Assembly (NCBI RefSeq): GCF_009914755.1
Contig: NC_060932.1
Length of the DNA stretch: 64,000 bases
DNA from: the human T2T-CHM13v2.0 reference genome, Homo sapiens
Strand: one strand, 5' to 3'
The notes under the pieces were generated by a model, which saw only the letters and a list, made by a program, of their open reading frames with translations, did no database searches and was not told the DNA's origin. The position numbers were made by a program, and so were the translations under genes. Positions 1 through 64,000 of this stretch are shown one piece after another (position 1 is the first letter of the stretch; each line of letters begins with the position of its first letter).

Positions 1-330
1 CACACTTGTAATCCCTTTGGGAGGGATTTGGGAGGCACTCTGGGAGGCCGAGGCAGGAGGCTTGCTTTTGAAGCTCAGGAGTTCAAGACCAGCCTGGGCA
101 ACATGGTGAAAGCCCTTCTCTACAAAAAATACAAAAATTAGCCAGGTGTGGTGGTGCACCTGTAGTCCCAGCTACTCTGGAGGCTGAGGTGGGAGGAATG
201 CTTGATCCTGGGAGGTGGAGGTTGCAGGTTGCAATGAGCTGAGATTGTGTGATTGCACCACTGCATGAGATTGCACTACTGCACCCCAGCCCGGGTGACA
301 GAGCGACCTTGTCTCTCAAAGAAAAAAAAA
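1..330 (+). mobile_element. Alu (old, cut by window edge; small internal duplications)
   Basis: Alu consensus arms, poly-A tail. Confidence 0.9.
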
Positions 331-438
331 GTATGTATTGCTACATTTACTAGATAGTGCTCTGAATAGAAATAGTAGCTTGATGTACTAAACTAGGTGA
401 TAATACAGTAACAGTCCAGATAACTGCAGTTTCTCTGT

Positions 439-480
<42 letters not shown>
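439..480. repeat. (CA)n microsatellite
   Basis: about 21 CA units. Confidence 0.95.
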
Positions 481-485
<5 letters not shown>

Positions 486-499
486 GTGTATTTCTTAAT

Positions 500-616
500 A
501 GAGACAGGGTCTCTCTATGTTGCCCAGGCTGGTCTTGAATTCCTGAGCTCAAGTAATCCTCCTGTCTTGGCTTCCTAAAGTGTTGGGATTACAGGTGTTA
601 GCCACTGTGCCCAGCC
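500..616 (-). mobile_element. Alu left monomer/FLAM
   Basis: agagacagggtctc...gccactgtgcccagcc. Confidence 0.85.
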
Positions 617-990
617 CCTTTGACATTTTTAATAGCTCAACATTTATTAAACCTGTAAGTGGCTTAAAGTTTCAAAATTCTCCATTGTAAGTCAAAAAAT
701 GTCTTAAGATTTTTATCCCAGACTTATGCTAAGGGTTATGAATCTGTTCCACCTTTTGTTTGAAATAGCCACCTGTCTGATTTGCTTGTCTATTTCTTCA
801 AAGAACTCTGGGGAAAACAGTATGATAGAGTAGCAAGGAGTTGGTTTTTCAAATCAGATAAATATGTAATAAAATTCCATTTCTACCTCTCCTAAGACAT
901 GTAATTTAACTTCACAAAGCCTCAGTTTCCTCATCTAAAAGATGAAAAAAATAAAATCTGTGCAGTCATGATGTTGAAATAAATTAATGC

Positions 991-1039
<49 letters not shown>
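991..1039. repeat. compound (TA)n(GA)n microsatellite, next to a MIR fragment (about 870-990)
   Basis: direct reading; MIR core gcctcagtttcctcatct. Confidence 0.9.
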
Positions 1040-1447
1040 TACACACATACCTATGTTCCTCTTTCCCTCTGAATCCACCCAGACATAGGTAGTGATAAGG
1101 GACAATTTAAATAAGGCAGCAAATTAAAAGTAGGAAGGTTACATTAGCATGCTTCTTAGCTTTACTTCTTATGACCATGATGTCATTATTTGAGAAATGT
1201 TAGTTTCAGTCAGATATTCTAAGTTCTTATGCATTAATAGTTAATTTTTTTCTCTTTGAAGAATGAAAGAGGACCACAAGGTTTTCTCTGACTTAGATAG
1301 GAGATAGTAAATTAAAAGAATATATAAGGCATCTTGAATTAGCCACTATTGAGAGCAATTACCTGTTCTAGAGAATTCTTTAGCTATGTCCTGAAATGGT
1401 CTGGGTTGTTCTCACCTGTATCTAATGTTTGTGGTTGTTCTTCCTAG

Positions 1448-62083
<60,636 letters not shown>

Positions 62084-62499
62084 GTGAGTCATTTGAAATT
62101 GGCATTTAGAAAAAAACTTTCTGTTTCCAAATATAATAACAGCCTTTGTTGAATTCCCTCTGCAGTTCACACCAGCTTGGCCAGCCTCCTCTGGCCAACT
62201 TTGTTTTTCAAAAGAGAAATAAAAGGCATGCTTATATAATAGAGCTCCTTTGTAAAACTGATGTGACAACACCAGCCCTAAAGGTCAATCACAGTGAATG
62301 ACTCTTTTATGTCCAGAGGAGTGGTGTCTGCTCAGCGATCCTGCCAGCACCCAGAAACATTTTTGGAATGCTGCTTTGGAGTTTCTTGTCAATTACATCT
62401 TCCCTCCCAAAGCCTGTTCTCTTCTTTTATTCTCTGCTAATCATATCCACAGTTACCCTAGACTCCTCCCTCTTCATCTCGCCCAAAAGTTGCTTATTT

Positions 62500-63440
<941 letters not shown>

Positions 63441-64000
63441 TTAGACATTATTCCTCAGTTATGGATATGAATTTTGGATGGAGACTTTTGGAATCAAGTC
63501 TGGAATAGGAGGTCATGTTGACTGATAATGGGTAAAATGAAGAAGGAGATACTTTTTTTTTTTTTGAAACCTGATTTTGTAGACATTTCCATAGGAAGAA
63601 CTCTCTGAATCTGTACTGTGTCTCATTTTCTTTTCATTCAAAATTCAGCCTGTATATTCGAATACATCCTATTATTTCGGACTTCTGATACACATAGAAT
63701 TCATACTAAGATTATGTATGGTCTGAATGCATGGCCTCCAAGATCACTTACCTCTTTCATGGAGGAAGCATCAAACGTTTTGCCAGTGGACATTCTTGGT
63801 GGTTCAGAAGTGACTCAGATCTGATATCCTGCTGTTCTCTTGTCGTTGATCTTCTCAAAAGTCTCCAAGGAAGTGTTGCCTAGGAAATGATTCTTACTAC
63901 AGGTCCAGTTCTTTTCTTCTCAAATTTTCTGTAGACATTTTGTCCAAGGAATAATCATTACCATAGCTCCAATGTTTAAGTCATCATTCTACTTTGTAAG

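Noticed and set aside
63553-64000. Poly-T followed by unique-looking sequence (possible antisense processed pseudogene; minus-strand GAG|gtaagt at about 63750)
   Set aside because: I found no recognisable reading frame, poly(A) signal or TSD, and it is cut by the window edge. BLAST would decide.

Overview
Human (primate) genomic DNA lying entirely inside the DOCK5 gene (Dedicator of cytokinesis 5, a DOCK-A family Rac GEF), + strand. I spliced 26 consecutive coding exons (1448..62083, 2624 nt) into one uninterrupted frame of about 875 codons. This covers the ARM-repeat region and the N-terminal part of the DHR-2 GEF domain, approximately residues 635-1509 if my recalled numbering anchors are right. 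All introns are GT-AG. One (58439..59412) is a clear U12-type minor intron. A 5'-tailed mirtron (MIR6876) ends at the acceptor of exon 14673. Introns are dense in Alus (about 45 copies or fragments) and also hold old L1/L2/MIR remnants, a MER1 DNA transposon and five LTRs (MLT1, THE1, MER51-like, MER21, MER11), all antisense to the gene. I see no evidence for a new protein-coding system; non-exonic ORFs in the track are Alu/repeat noise. The most promising under-described signals are: (i) a 30-bp minisatellite built from palindromic TEAD-like CATTCyGAATG motifs; (ii) a candidate alternative last exon with poly(A) signals and tandem U11-like motifs that would truncate DHR-2; (iii) a hairpin over the U12 branch point; (iv) a perfectly duplicated branch-point region; (v) a 5'-inverted Alu; (vi) an old local duplication flanking an exon. 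Repeat boundaries and subfamily names are by eye and approximate.
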